From a virus, in IMG/VR virus record IMGVR_UViG_3300007351_000003, positions 4,022-68,021 of that record: a stretch of DNA of 64,000 nucleotides. One strand, written 5' to 3'. A model generated the notes under the pieces. That model worked only from the letters and a program-made list of their open reading frames with translations, ran no database searches and was not told the DNA's origin. Numbering within the stretch: position 1 is the stretch's first letter; each line of letters opens with the position of its first letter. The translations under genes and the position numbers were made by a program. Of the stretch, positions 1 through 10,294 are shown one piece after another.

Positions 1-422
1 AGATCAGCAATATACGATTGTTCATCGAACATATCATTCGCATTTGGGGTCGTGATCTCGTCCGTGGCGATCTGAAGGCTGTCCAGTCGGGCTTCGGCAT
101 CGCTTAATTTCCCTTGCATATCAGAGAGCAAGTCGTTTGTTTTGGCGTCCGGCGAAGGTATCTGGTCGACCGCAGTATCAGCGCTGGACAGTGCCGTATC
201 GGAATCAGTCAGTTGAGTGAATGCAGGAATCTCCACACTCGAAAAGTTTGGAGTTGTTCCTGGATACGATACGGTCCCAGGCTGAAAATAAGGGGCCGCT
301 TGAGCTGCGAGTTCGTTCAGCGTCGGCATGTACGCATTGATCGCATCGATGGCTGTTGTCGTACTATCGTCAAGAGTGTCAAGATTGCTGTCTACTGCAA
401 CTCTGATATCGCTGGTACTCAA
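1..422 (-). CDS. Partial virion-associated hypothetical protein (runs off window edge)
   Basis: TTG start at 422 with GAGGT SD just after the stop of the upstream gene; frame appears open to the edge. Confidence 0.55.
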   Translation of the reverse strand, partial: MSTSDIRVAVDSNLDTLDDSTTTAIDAINAYMPTLNELAAQAAPYFQPGTVSYPGTTPNFSSVEIPAFTQLTDSDTALSSADTAVDQIPSPDAKTNDLLSDMQGKLSDAEARLDSLQIATDEITTPNANDMFDEQSYIAD

Positions 423-426
423 TTCT

Positions 427-1926
427 CTACCTCGTTCTCTTTGGGTTTACGATGTCTGTACGGATAGTCAATGTCGTGATATCAAAATCCGCGCCATCGG
501 TATTTTCAAATTTAACCGCCACAAAACGTTCCTTATGACCCTTTGCAAACGGAATGCGTTCATCGCTTAAATTTGGCCGGTCCCCCTGAACATCATAGCC
601 AGTCATATCGGATTCATCCTCATTTTCGATAATGGTCAGAACCCCGGTGCCGTCCAGCCTCCCAGATATCCAGGCATCTACGAGCTTCTGTACCTGCGGG
701 CTGTGAATATCCATGGTCCCGGTTTTGATATGAGCGTCGATTGCCGTGCCATCGTCGTCATCTCCCTCGACAAGATGCACCCCGCTTGATGTCGCTCCGT
801 ATAGCCGATCGTTTAATATTGAAAAACTGTTGAACTCAAATCCTGTATATTTCGTAATTGCTTTATTCCGCATGTTTACCGCAATGCCAAAATACTCCGG
901 TGTCGCACGAACGGTACTACCTGCTGCATTAACGATCAACGCCGCAAGTAAGCCGTTACCTACTCCTACTGCGCCCGTTATGCCATCTGCTTCTCCGGTT
1001 ATGGCAGGGAGATCTGCTTCTCCGTCCCCGATGCTCCCGGAAACTCCCGTTCCGATCGAGTCAAGCGCAGGCAATAGCCCCTCGCCAACACCTACCGCTC
1101 CCGCCGACCCATCCCCAGCCGATGAAAGCGCCGGCAAAACACCTGCGCCTGTTCCCCCCGACCCCGTGGTCCCCGTGGCTTCAGATGTAAGAATAAGTGC
1201 CGGGAGAACCCCGGCGCCTACTGCGGGCGTTATACTCGAGCCGCTTGCATCCCCGGTCATGGCTGGCAGGACACCATACCCCCACCCGGAAACCATCGTG
1301 TTGAGCAGATACCAGTTGACCCGATTATTCCCAGCGTCTTCAACCCACAGGAAATGGCTATCAACGGCACAGTTAGTTGGATAATTTAACTCTGCCGTTG
1401 ACGGTCCATACCCAAATGATCCGAATTTGAAAATAAAGTTTCCATCATGGTCGAATATCTGGAACCGGTGGTTATTGTGGTCAACGACATAGACAAACCG
1501 TGAATCAGCAGCTATCCCCTTGGGGAAATCAAATTCCCCATCGCCATCGCCATATGCACCCCACTGTGACACATATACCCCATCCAGGGTAAACTTCTGG
1601 ATGCGATGGTTTCCGGTATCCGATACATAAACATGCTCGCCATCATTAGAAACGCCGTGCGGAGAACTAAACTCTCCATCCCCTGTTCCGTAAGATCCGA
1701 ACGAAAAGAGCACATTTCCGTCATAATCCGTGACCTGAATACGGTTGTTCCCAGAGTCGCAGATATACAGATATGGGGTGCTGGTGGCGGATCCGGACAC
1801 AACAACATCGCTGGCGCTTACATCAGGAATTAAAGCGTCTGGGGTAGCCCTTGATGGATCAACCGTCGATGATAATGCAGAACGGAACCACCATGGCCGT
1901 AACGGACCTTTGAAAAGAGGTGGCAT
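427..1926 (-). CDS. Tail/virion protein with NHL-repeat beta-propeller and Gly/Ala-rich repeats
   Basis: Repeats DSGNNRIQ, DTGNHRIQKF, DHNNHRFQIF, FGSYGTGDGEF; GAGVLPAL repeats. Confidence 0.75.
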   Translation of the reverse strand: MPPLFKGPLRPWWFRSALSSTVDPSRATPDALIPDVSASDVVVSGSATSTPYLYICDSGNNRIQVTDYDGNVLFSFGSYGTGDGEFSSPHGVSNDGEHVYVSDTGNHRIQKFTLDGVYVSQWGAYGDGDGEFDFPKGIAADSRFVYVVDHNNHRFQIFDHDGNFIFKFGSFGYGPSTAELNYPTNCAVDSHFLWVEDAGNNRVNWYLLNTMVSGWGYGVLPAMTGDASGSSITPAVGAGVLPALILTSEATGTTGSGGTGAGVLPALSSAGDGSAGAVGVGEGLLPALDSIGTGVSGSIGDGEADLPAITGEADGITGAVGVGNGLLAALIVNAAGSTVRATPEYFGIAVNMRNKAITKYTGFEFNSFSILNDRLYGATSSGVHLVEGDDDDGTAIDAHIKTGTMDIHSPQVQKLVDAWISGRLDGTGVLTIIENEDESDMTGYDVQGDRPNLSDERIPFAKGHKERFVAVKFENTDGADFDITTLTIRTDIVNPKRTR

Positions 1927-1934
1927 CGATTACC

Positions 1935-2486
1935 TTAGTTTAGTGCCACCACTTCATAGGTATGAACGGTTAGGGTATTGCCTGCATCATTTATGCTCCA
2001 TGTGCCGAAAACATTGAGTGCCTGTGCCGCAGTAGAATCAAAGCCGGTACCCACTGCCGGAGCAGAAGCAGGAGCAACCACGGTCACTGCGCCGGTTGCC
2101 GCCGCTGACACGCTTTCCGAGGTAATGCAACCCATGCCCATCAGGTTTGCGGATGTCCCGCTCCCAATTGCCCGGCAGGTCAATTCAAACTCTGCCAGAA
2201 ATGATACGTTCGTCTTTGCCGTCGCGTTCAGTTGGATCGCCTGTGTGGTGAAGGCGATCACCGCACCGAGCCGAACATCAAGGGTCAGCGTCCCGGGGGT
2301 CGTAACGATGTTTGAAATTCTCCCCCCTACTTTAATACGGAGCTTTTTACCGATTTCAAAATAGTTCGCGGGGAGCGTGATCACCGCTGCGGCTGGGATG
2401 ATGCTTGTTGGAGTGACGGATGCGCCATACGCTGTCCCGTCTGCCTGCCCTACAATTAACGTCTCCATCCATTCTCTTTTTGCCAT
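1935..2486 (-). CDS. Virion structural protein (hypothetical)
   Basis: 183 aa Ala/Thr/Gly-rich ORF with AGGAGG SD in structural operon. Confidence 0.65.
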   Translation of the reverse strand: MAKREWMETLIVGQADGTAYGASVTPTSIIPAAAVITLPANYFEIGKKLRIKVGGRISNIVTTPGTLTLDVRLGAVIAFTTQAIQLNATAKTNVSFLAEFELTCRAIGSGTSANLMGMGCITSESVSAAATGAVTVVAPASAPAVGTGFDSTAAQALNVFGTWSINDAGNTLTVHTYEVVALN

Positions 2487-2512
2487 TTCAATGTCCTCCT
2501 AAAAAATTGGTT

Positions 2513-3163
2513 TTATGTCAGTCTGAATACGATATTCCCCACATTAAGCGCAGTGCCTGCGGCCTTTGTGACTTCTGTCGTGAACTGCAGGTATCCAATA
2601 ATTACATCTGCCGTCACGTCGTAGAACATGACCCCTGGTGTAGGGCCAATGGACGCACTCACCGCATTTATGGATACTGTTGGTGCCGTTGCATCGCATC
2701 GGTTATAGGTGTTATTTTGCGTCACCGTGACGGTTCCTATGGATTTTGAGTTTTGTGTGTATCCGCCCGATGCCGTTGCCAACTCATCATCTGAGGACAG
2801 TGTTTTGACCGCTGTTGAATTCACCACGGCTTCATTAAACGTGATCTTGGAAGCCGTTACCGTAGCAACTGTGAACGGCCCAGGGTTTAGCGTGTCGTTG
2901 GACGTGCATTTGTTATCCTGGACAAACCCATCGGAAATAAAAGACCCCCCATCTGTCCGCGACACGGAATTATCTGCCGCAGCCCATACAAGATTGATTG
3001 CCCCGGTATTCGTCCTTATATTCTTGAGTTGTGCATGGTTGTCCGTACTGAACACGAATCCAGATCTCATGCAGAGCATCCGGATGGTGTCCGTAGATTC
3101 ATTCACCAGTTTCTTTTTGAGTGCATACTTGTAGTAATTAGTGGGCGTAAAAACGTCTGCCAT
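2513..3163 (-). CDS. Virion structural protein (hypothetical)
   Basis: 216 aa beta-rich ORF, tight operon spacing. Confidence 0.65.
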   Translation of the reverse strand: MADVFTPTNYYKYALKKKLVNESTDTIRMLCMRSGFVFSTDNHAQLKNIRTNTGAINLVWAAADNSVSRTDGGSFISDGFVQDNKCTSNDTLNPGPFTVATVTASKITFNEAVVNSTAVKTLSSDDELATASGGYTQNSKSIGTVTVTQNNTYNRCDATAPTVSINAVSASIGPTPGVMFYDVTADVIIGYLQFTTEVTKAAGTALNVGNIVFRLT

Positions 3164-3168
3164 AGTAA

Positions 3169-4341
3169 TTAATCCTCTCTTATGCGTACACGATCGATTT
3201 CCTGCGTGCCGTGAAGGACTGAGCAGGTTGTCGGCCGCCAGAATTTACCAAGAGCAGTGCCGAGCCCGCCGAATGTTTTGAGCAGTCCCCCGTTAACATT
3301 GTATATCTTCACCTGGTTCCCTTCAGTATCGACGATGAAATATCCTATTTGTCCCATGATGCTTTGAATGGTCGATCCCGGGGTCGAGCCCGCGGCTACT
3401 CCACTACTACCATCAAACACAATCGGAAGTGCGGTGGCAATAATCGTCATGTGATATGTATCAGAACCCTCCGCATTTGAGGCCGTGAGTTGCACGGTAT
3501 AAATGCCTGCCGAACTGAACACGTACGTCGGATTCTGCAAAACCGAAAACTCGACTCCGTTTTTTTTCCACGACCATGCCGTAGGGGTGTTTGTGGAAGT
3601 GTCAGTAAAGTTCACCGTAAGCGGGGCCTGCCCCTGATAAACATCCACAGTGAACGATGCGTCCGGAGCACCTGCCAATGTTGCCTCTCCGAGGCCCGTG
3701 GTGCAGGTAGCGGTCAAGAGTGTCGGCGCAGTGGGTGGCGGAGGCGGCTCTTCGAGGGAAACAAGCACTCCTATATTCGCCTCAACTACCTCAACGCATG
3801 TGCCAGTACCTGTATTCCCGCTGATCCCTTCCAAAAAACCATAACTTGATGAGATTGTTATGCGGCCTTGCCCATCGATAAAGTTAGTCGGGATGGTATC
3901 TGTGAATATCAGATCTCCCACAGGAATACTAGAGTTTTCCCGATGCAAAAACGCAATGACATTTGCGCTTGATAGACCTGAAAGTCCGTCAAAAATACCA
4001 CCTGCCAAAGCTGCATTTGAGCGTACTGTACTATCTATCAGCGCAGATGACGTAAATCCTGATATTCGGATCATTACGCCAGCAATGTTACTTCCTGCCG
4101 CATGTGTAAATGTATGTGATGCCGTTCCAGATGACGACACAAAACGATATGCCACTACTCCATTCAACGTTGCTCCGTTGGCTGTTTGATGAAGTTGCGT
4201 CCAACCGGCAGGTATGCCGATGGCAACATTGTCGTGAGCGGTCACAACGGCAAATTCAAAGGTGTTTAATGACGAAGCCACGGTCAAAAACGTCAGGTCT
4301 CCGCTATCTGCTGTTGCTTTTTTTAATGTAGTAATGGCCAT
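3169..4341 (-). CDS. PKD-domain virion protein
   Basis: PKD signature APLTVNFTDTSTNTPTAWSW...VQLTASN; C-terminal NHL-like repeat. Confidence 0.75.
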   Translation of the reverse strand: MAITTLKKATADSGDLTFLTVASSLNTFEFAVVTAHDNVAIGIPAGWTQLHQTANGATLNGVVAYRFVSSSGTASHTFTHAAGSNIAGVMIRISGFTSSALIDSTVRSNAALAGGIFDGLSGLSSANVIAFLHRENSSIPVGDLIFTDTIPTNFIDGQGRITISSSYGFLEGISGNTGTGTCVEVVEANIGVLVSLEEPPPPPTAPTLLTATCTTGLGEATLAGAPDASFTVDVYQGQAPLTVNFTDTSTNTPTAWSWKKNGVEFSVLQNPTYVFSSAGIYTVQLTASNAEGSDTYHMTIIATALPIVFDGSSGVAAGSTPGSTIQSIMGQIGYFIVDTEGNQVKIYNVNGGLLKTFGGLGTALGKFWRPTTCSVLHGTQEIDRVRIRED

Positions 4342-4351
4342 GCTTTACACT

Positions 4352-5233
4352 CTATACCCCGCACTGCACTGACGCTATATTAGTATATGTGGAATTACCG
4401 CCTGCGTTATATGCCCTCACCCTGAAATAATTCAAAACCGTAGGGTCTACCGCGTGGAGGTTCTTGGTGACGAGAAGGGTATTTACTCCCGCCGCCGTTG
4501 TCGCAATTTGAGACCATCCAGACACACCGTTCAATGAATGTTCGACCTTAAATCCTGTCTCGTCGCCCGAATTATCCTGCCAGGAAAGCAATACCCCTGT
4601 GTCGATCGCCACTTGCTGAGATATGCTGGTACCTTCTATAGTGAGCGTAACCGTATACACCCCAGTCGAAGGGAACAGGTGGTGTGGATTAATTTCTGTT
4701 GACGTTGTGTTGTCCCCAAAGTCCCAAAGACGCGCGCCGGGCTTGGTTGACGTATCAGTAAATTGCGCCGAGATATCACCGACCGTATACGAAAACCCGA
4801 CCGTTTCCGATTCGCTTGTCACGGCCTGCGAGATTGTGATGGCCACGGTTTTTGACGATCCCCCGCTCTCGTTTATTACCGTTAGTGTCACTTGGAAAAC
4901 ACCGGCACTATTGTACTGATGGAGTGGCGATGGGTTGTACGTAAATTCACCATCTCCAAAATTCCACCTGTATTGAGATATCAGACCTGTGGAATTATTA
5001 ATAAACCCGACAATGGCGTTGGCATACACCACGTACGTGAAATCGGCATATGGCGCCGCTACTGATGTGGGCACTACCACCCCGCCCCCAGGTATTGTCC
5101 CGGCTGTTGAACCCTCATAATTCGGGTCCAGTATCCACTGCCCGGGTTGATCCGGGTTTTCTATAAACCCTGCGAGCGGAGGCGGCCCGATGTAGCTGCT
5201 GGTTGGAGGCATAATTAACTCGCCATAAGGCAA
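4352..5233 (-). CDS. Virion protein with two PKD domains and a fibronectin type III domain
   Basis: YRWNFGDG and LWDFGD PKD motifs; LSWQDNS...YFRVRAYN FN3 motif. Confidence 0.8.
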   Translation of the reverse strand: MPYGELIMPPTSSYIGPPPLAGFIENPDQPGQWILDPNYEGSTAGTIPGGGVVVPTSVAAPYADFTYVVYANAIVGFINNSTGLISQYRWNFGDGEFTYNPSPLHQYNSAGVFQVTLTVINESGGSSKTVAITISQAVTSESETVGFSYTVGDISAQFTDTSTKPGARLWDFGDNTTSTEINPHHLFPSTGVYTVTLTIEGTSISQQVAIDTGVLLSWQDNSGDETGFKVEHSLNGVSGWSQIATTAAGVNTLLVTKNLHAVDPTVLNYFRVRAYNAGGNSTYTNIASVQCGV

Positions 5234-7194
5234 AGACCGTTTATTCTCTGCACATGCCCTCCCCCATCATCTTTTTGCGGAGGGGTGATATCATTGATTT
5301 TTATTCCCGCCGTGTTAAACAGCCACCACTTCCTGTCTGTAACATCTGGATAGCAGGCGTCTGATGAAGGTGGGAACGCAATTACTGTTTCGTCAAAATT
5401 CAGGGACAAATTATTCTGAGCGTCATAAACGAGATCATGCCGGTAATTTACCGGGAACACATCGAATCCTATTAAAAGCATCCCGCTTGCGCTGGACGTA
5501 TCAATGCGCGTTACATGATAATTTTCTTCTCCTAGTGCCGCCCCGGAAGCGTCATAGCCCACATCCGCCCATGGTATCTGGACCACGTGCGAATGAACCG
5601 CAGAAATGGGAGGGCCGACATACGCCACCTTTCTCACGGTCAAGCGGTACTCGCGGGTGTAATGTTCATACGGGATATCGGTGATCACGCCGTTTACGGC
5701 AACGTGGTACGTGGTTATCGAACGAACCATTGTTTTGCGCACCTGGCACTGAGCCCCGACTGAAACGACATTCTTCGTATACGGCAGCAACTCGTCGCTA
5801 TGGCTGTCATAAACCGTCTTGCAGTAAACAACCGCTTTAAACCCGCTATCCATGTGCGAATGTAAAATCCGGTATCTTGTATTTCTGATAATAAGCGGCC
5901 CAAAGACTTCATTGTCGTGCGCTTTCGTAACTGCTTCCCATCCAGAGGATTCGATAAGTGCGTCCGCGCAGTAAAGTTCGGTCATCATAGAATCGAAGTC
6001 GCCGTTTTTCTGCACCCGGATATACGTCTGCTTTCCGTCGCTGTAAATTGCATACGGCATGCGGATGTCATCCGCTATGGTTGACGCCCCCGAGCTTATG
6101 TCTGAGTCTATGAAATAGCAGGTTTCATCCGCTGGATCTGAGCATCGACGATAAACATCGCCAGCCAGCATCGTACCTGTCGTAATATTATACGTTTCGC
6201 GCCTTGCCGGCTCAGCCATGAGCGACCCTAACCATGTATCTGTTCTGGACCGAACAAGGTTGACTTTATGCTCATATTCATTGCTTGAGTTGAGTTGTCT
6301 GTATGCTGCCGCTCCTATTACCGTATCATTCGCCTCGCCGTAGTCGGCGACCTCTGTATAGGTTATTTCCCCATCTGCGAGTTTCACCCTGAATATTCTC
6401 CGCATCTTTGCCAGCGCGTCCCGAAAATTCTCAGACTGATACGCATCCCAAACAAATGTTGCCTCGTAACCTGTCCACGGAACTATCATGGTCAATACCG
6501 AATCCCCGAGGTACTGCGTGAAGAACGGTCGTGCTGCATAAATTGAGTACGGCGCAAACGTGAGACTGTTTATCTGCCGGACGAAATTATAAGTGTAATC
6601 ATAAGGACCGGGGCCTCCCCATACCACCTGCCACGTGTACGCTTGAAAAGTTTCATCCTCAATAGCACTGTTTAGAACATAACGGACAGCCTTTCCCCGT
6701 GACACACTCTTTGCCGAAATACCTGATCCGCAGGCTGGGATGCCAAGATGCCCGGGATTCCAAAGGTAAGTATTGTTGAACGGATTTTCCGGGTCTAGTG
6801 TTAATGGCAACCCAGTTTCCGGGTCTGTGTCCGTTAGCGCGTAAAGCCCATCATCCATAAGACTCCAGCCGGGGGGACACGCCGGGAATTCTTCCGTGTC
6901 CCGGCATATTTCCGCACCGGACATAGACAAAAACCGCTTGACTGAGTAATCGCCGGTCGTTGCGCCGGCATAACAAACAATAAGAAACTCCGGCCCGCGG
7001 GCCGTAATACGGATCTCATCTTCACAATCCACGCCGGTTTTTAAAAATATCTCGACATCGTTAAGCGGCAGTAGTTTCGTCGCCCGGTCTTTGCCGGTAT
7101 TCTCCACGTACCGTTTAAGAGCCGCCAAGCGGGCCTTTGCAAAACCCTCCATGGATGCAGCTTTTACAATGTCTCCGTACAGTTTACGGATCAA
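5215..7194 (-). CDS. Large tail-associated protein (hypothetical)
   Basis: 659 aa ORF with AGGGG SD in tail gene block. Confidence 0.65.
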   Translation of the reverse strand: MIRKLYGDIVKAASMEGFAKARLAALKRYVENTGKDRATKLLPLNDVEIFLKTGVDCEDEIRITARGPEFLIVCYAGATTGDYSVKRFLSMSGAEICRDTEEFPACPPGWSLMDDGLYALTDTDPETGLPLTLDPENPFNNTYLWNPGHLGIPACGSGISAKSVSRGKAVRYVLNSAIEDETFQAYTWQVVWGGPGPYDYTYNFVRQINSLTFAPYSIYAARPFFTQYLGDSVLTMIVPWTGYEATFVWDAYQSENFRDALAKMRRIFRVKLADGEITYTEVADYGEANDTVIGAAAYRQLNSSNEYEHKVNLVRSRTDTWLGSLMAEPARRETYNITTGTMLAGDVYRRCSDPADETCYFIDSDISSGASTIADDIRMPYAIYSDGKQTYIRVQKNGDFDSMMTELYCADALIESSGWEAVTKAHDNEVFGPLIIRNTRYRILHSHMDSGFKAVVYCKTVYDSHSDELLPYTKNVVSVGAQCQVRKTMVRSITTYHVAVNGVITDIPYEHYTREYRLTVRKVAYVGPPISAVHSHVVQIPWADVGYDASGAALGEENYHVTRIDTSSASGMLLIGFDVFPVNYRHDLVYDAQNNLSLNFDETVIAFPPSSDACYPDVTDRKWWLFNTAGIKINDITPPQKDDGGGHVQRINGLCLMAS

Positions 7195-7221
7195 AAGATT
7201 TCCCCTATGCTTGCGTGCTCC

Positions 7222-8076
7222 TTACGATTCGGTCCCTGGCCATGTCAAAGAATACGTGTTCACGAATTTAAAGTCTCCTACCACGAAGTTCGTGCCAGAT
7301 GCAAAGTTTAAATCTCCGTTCGCCGTATTCACTGTCCCCTGAACTCGTTTTTGTGTGGTCGTAAGCTGGCCATCATCGGCATCGAGAATGAGCCTGTAAT
7401 GAGTGGCTGTCCCGGCGGTCGCAACCGTACCTTTCCATTCCTGCGTGGAAAGTTTTTCAATTATCCCCTGGGAGATATCAGCGACGGGCTCAAACTGCAG
7501 ACCGTAAGCATCGGCGGTAATGACTGACGTCGCCCATGCGCCCGTACCGGCACCTGCACCCGAAATCGATGCGGAATAGTCAAACGCCGTGCCTGCAACC
7601 GTAGCTTCAATGTCCAGCGTCCCGGTGTTGTCCGTAAAAGTAAATTTCTGGTAGACATCTGGGTTATTGATCGTGCAGGCTGGGGTCGTTACTGCGATCG
7701 CTCCCGAAGCCACCCGCCAAGCATTGTAAAGACCGGTGCAAATCTCTGCCGCCGTCGGCGTGCCGTCGTCCGTGAAGGTAACAAGTGTGCCGTTGAGAGT
7801 AATACCCCAGACCCCGCCATTGGCTGTACCCGGGGTCGGGGTAAACCTGATTTTTTGGGCCGCCTTGACCGATGCGCCTGACCCCGTTATTGTGCAAAGA
7901 AGCGTCCCCGTCTCGGCAAGGTCGGCTGCCGTATACCCGGCCGCAATTTGCGCTGCTGTGGGAGAAGGAGCTGTCCCGCCATACACTTTCAGCTTTGCGC
8001 ATCCACGGTTGAAAATCGCACGAAGATCAAGCGTGTGGAGTGCATTGTTTCTAGCCCCGCTGGATAACGATATCAT
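7222..8076 (-). CDS. Virion structural protein (hypothetical)
   Basis: 284 aa Thr/Ala/Gly-rich ORF with GGAGG SD. Confidence 0.65.
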   Translation of the reverse strand: MISLSSGARNNALHTLDLRAIFNRGCAKLKVYGGTAPSPTAAQIAAGYTAADLAETGTLLCTITGSGASVKAAQKIRFTPTPGTANGGVWGITLNGTLVTFTDDGTPTAAEICTGLYNAWRVASGAIAVTTPACTINNPDVYQKFTFTDNTGTLDIEATVAGTAFDYSASISGAGAGTGAWATSVITADAYGLQFEPVADISQGIIEKLSTQEWKGTVATAGTATHYRLILDADDGQLTTTQKRVQGTVNTANGDLNFASGTNFVVGDFKFVNTYSLTWPGTES

Positions 8077-8089
8077 TGTAGTGTTCCTC

Positions 8090-8992
8090 CTATTCCTGTA
8101 TTACTGATATGGCTTGGTAAAAACCTTTTCTGTTCTTTCGTAAAACGCTTGCCCCTGTAATGCCTTCTTGTGGAACAACTTTAGTCAAGGCGAGATTAAG
8201 CATCATCCCCCCGGCAAAGCCGATGCACGGGCCTTTTTGCGACATCCAGAAAACAGCTTTCCCCTGCAGCGGCACCTTGCTGGAAACCAGCGAGGCATCG
8301 AACTTAAGCGATGTATATGGAATAGCCGCATAATCGGCTACTTCTTCAACAGCGAATTCAGACGGCTTTTTGCCGCGAATAAATACTGTCTGATTCCTCC
8401 ATGAGGCATAAATCCCATCTGCAACCGACTTCCACATCGTTATTTGCCCAGGGAACCAAAAAAATGCACTCCGTGGGACCGCTCGCCCAAAATCCAGAGC
8501 TTCCGAATAGGCTACGCGGCCACCCTGTATCGTGTAGAGCCGATCATCATAGAAATCAACAATCTGGCCTGCAGGCATTGTGGAACTCGCCATTTTGGAC
8601 ACCGTAGGCAATGTACCGCCAGTATTATGCTCAATGATCCCGAGCACGTAGCCGTTTGAGTAAGAAATCTGGTTGTTAATTTCATCGAAACTCATCTGCG
8701 CTCCGACTGTCAGGCCAGAGCGGATGATGATAGTGGGCATTGAAATATTTTGGGGATCGATAGAGACCAGTGTCCCACCGGTAACCCCAAGCATGAGATC
8801 CCGTGCGGCATTACTCCACAATGAATGGTAATCTCCCGCGATGATAGGTGCGCCAAACCCCTCACGCCTGGAAACGCGTTTTCCCTCATCATCCACGTCA
8901 ACGTTATTCCCTTCGCGGAGATATGGGGGCTTGGTGGACGTAACATCCCCTTCATCCTTAATGCCAGCCCATTTTGTGAATTTAATGGTCAT
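8090..8992 (-). CDS. Putative tail tubular/nozzle-type protein
   Basis: 300 aa; position after adaptor; podovirus-like N-terminus (GNNVDVD...VSRREG); function is inference. Confidence 0.5.
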   Translation of the reverse strand: MTIKFTKWAGIKDEGDVTSTKPPYLREGNNVDVDDEGKRVSRREGFGAPIIAGDYHSLWSNAARDLMLGVTGGTLVSIDPQNISMPTIIIRSGLTVGAQMSFDEINNQISYSNGYVLGIIEHNTGGTLPTVSKMASSTMPAGQIVDFYDDRLYTIQGGRVAYSEALDFGRAVPRSAFFWFPGQITMWKSVADGIYASWRNQTVFIRGKKPSEFAVEEVADYAAIPYTSLKFDASLVSSKVPLQGKAVFWMSQKGPCIGFAGGMMLNLALTKVVPQEGITGASVLRKNRKGFYQAISVIQE

Positions 8993-9022
8993 TTATGGTT
9001 CGACTTCCTCTGCGCGTCCCGA

Positions 9023-9262
9023 TTAATTCGCCGGTGTAAAATCGACGTAGAACTCCTGGCCCTCGGTGAACTTGCCGATGAGCGCCGGATTCGTGATCGA
9101 CATTTTCAGTTCCGCTGAAGGCGTCCATCTGGCGAACGTGTTGTTCTCGTCGCTGCCGTCTTCCGGGTATCCGTCGATTTTCGCAACGGCGCTGAACGAC
9201 AGTTCCTCGGATGATCCATAATTCTTTACGCTTAATACTTTCATCTTTGCTCTCATTTGCAT
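9023..9262 (-). CDS. Small conserved phage protein
   Basis: MQMRAKMKV start with AAAGGGG SD; ARWTPSAELKMSITNP motif. Confidence 0.6.
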   Translation of the reverse strand: MQMRAKMKVLSVKNYGSSEELSFSAVAKIDGYPEDGSDENNTFARWTPSAELKMSITNPALIGKFTEGQEFYVDFTPAN

Positions 9263-9281
9263 TGTATTTCCCCTTTCGTTC

Positions 9282-9653
9282 CTAAAATGTTCCATCGAGG
9301 ATCCAGTCCTCGAGGCGCTCCAAAACATCATTGCTTGTATGCCCGTCCCATGCGGGAGCGAACTTCTTTTCTTCGATTCCATGCAGCATGTGATACATCG
9401 ATTCCGGGAGGTGATAGGTAATATCGCCTTTCGGCGTCCGCATGCCGGCTATGAACCAGCCCTCATGAAAACTGCCATCGTTATGCCGGAGTGACCGCCA
9501 GGACATCAACGGGTGGCTTTTCATCAGCGCGATGAAGATCAGGCACCTGTGCTGATAGAGTTCGCGGAACGTATGGCATCCGTCCGAGACGTCCTGAGCA
9601 TCGCCGACGACCTTCACCTGCTCGCCGTCAGGCATGAAAATCGTGTCGTTCAT
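9282..9653 (-). CDS. WDGH-motif phage protein
   Basis: HTFRELYQHR...ITYHLP...APAWDGHT. Confidence 0.7.
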   Translation of the reverse strand: MNDTIFMPDGEQVKVVGDAQDVSDGCHTFRELYQHRCLIFIALMKSHPLMSWRSLRHNDGSFHEGWFIAGMRTPKGDITYHLPESMYHMLHGIEEKKFAPAWDGHTSNDVLERLEDWILDGTF

Positions 9654-10081
9654 TCTGCGGTTACCGTGTCGACACCGAGACCAGTGTAGAGATCAAGCCG
9701 TGAGGCGATTTCGATCGCCTGCTCTGCTGTGGCGCCCATCTCCATTGCGGCCAGCGCGTAATCGGAGCCAGAACCGATAGCCCAAAACGGTTTGTTTATC
9801 TTTATAGGGAAAAGACCCATTTCATAACGATAAATCTCTTCGTTTTCTATAATGATCCCGACAAACCCTTGGTCTTTTTCCATTGAGGGTTTCTTATCGT
9901 TAGGTCGTCCTTCCTGAATCCAGTCAAAAAATCGTTGCGTATTATCAAATCCGCCCGACCATCCGCAAAGCAATGCGCCTATCTTGTGTATCTTTATTCC
10001 AGGAACGGGAGTCCCTCCGACATCAAACAACTTGTCTCCCGCTAATATTTTTTCATCCTTGCGATACGCAATAGTCGTCAT
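9650..10081 (-). CDS. HslV/proteasome-beta-like Ntn hydrolase
   Basis: M-TTIAY...LAGD, GWSGG, AIGSGSDYALAAM, AIEIASRLDLYT match the HslV motif order. Confidence 0.75.
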   Translation of the reverse strand: MTTIAYRKDEKILAGDKLFDVGGTPVPGIKIHKIGALLCGWSGGFDNTQRFFDWIQEGRPNDKKPSMEKDQGFVGIIIENEEIYRYEMGLFPIKINKPFWAIGSGSDYALAAMEMGATAEQAIEIASRLDLYTGLGVDTVTAE

Positions 10082-10284
10082 AACAGCCACAAATCCTTTC
10101 TTGATTCAGTTTTATTGCATCGCTGGCACTTCCAAACCGACCGCATGCCGCCGCTGTACATTATTTGGTCTCCATACAGGTTGTAAGCATGCTTCCAAAC
10201 ATGCCCCTCTTGAAAACAGGTGACCCGATCAGCCAGCCATCTAAGGTTTGCCTTGACCAGATTTATCACCCTGCCCAATCGCAT
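10078..10284 (-). CDS. Small hypothetical protein (Cys/His motif)
   Basis: 68 aa, CxxxGH...CxxC, overlaps next start. Confidence 0.45.
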   Translation of the reverse strand: MRLGRVINLVKANLRWLADRVTCFQEGHVWKHAYNLYGDQIMYSGGMRSVWKCQRCNKTESRKDLWLL

Positions 10285-10294
10285 GTCTGCTCCG

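Noticed and set aside
427-7194. Diversity-generating retroelement acting on tail genes
   Set aside because: No reverse transcriptase and no adenine-mismatched TR/VR repeat pair seen
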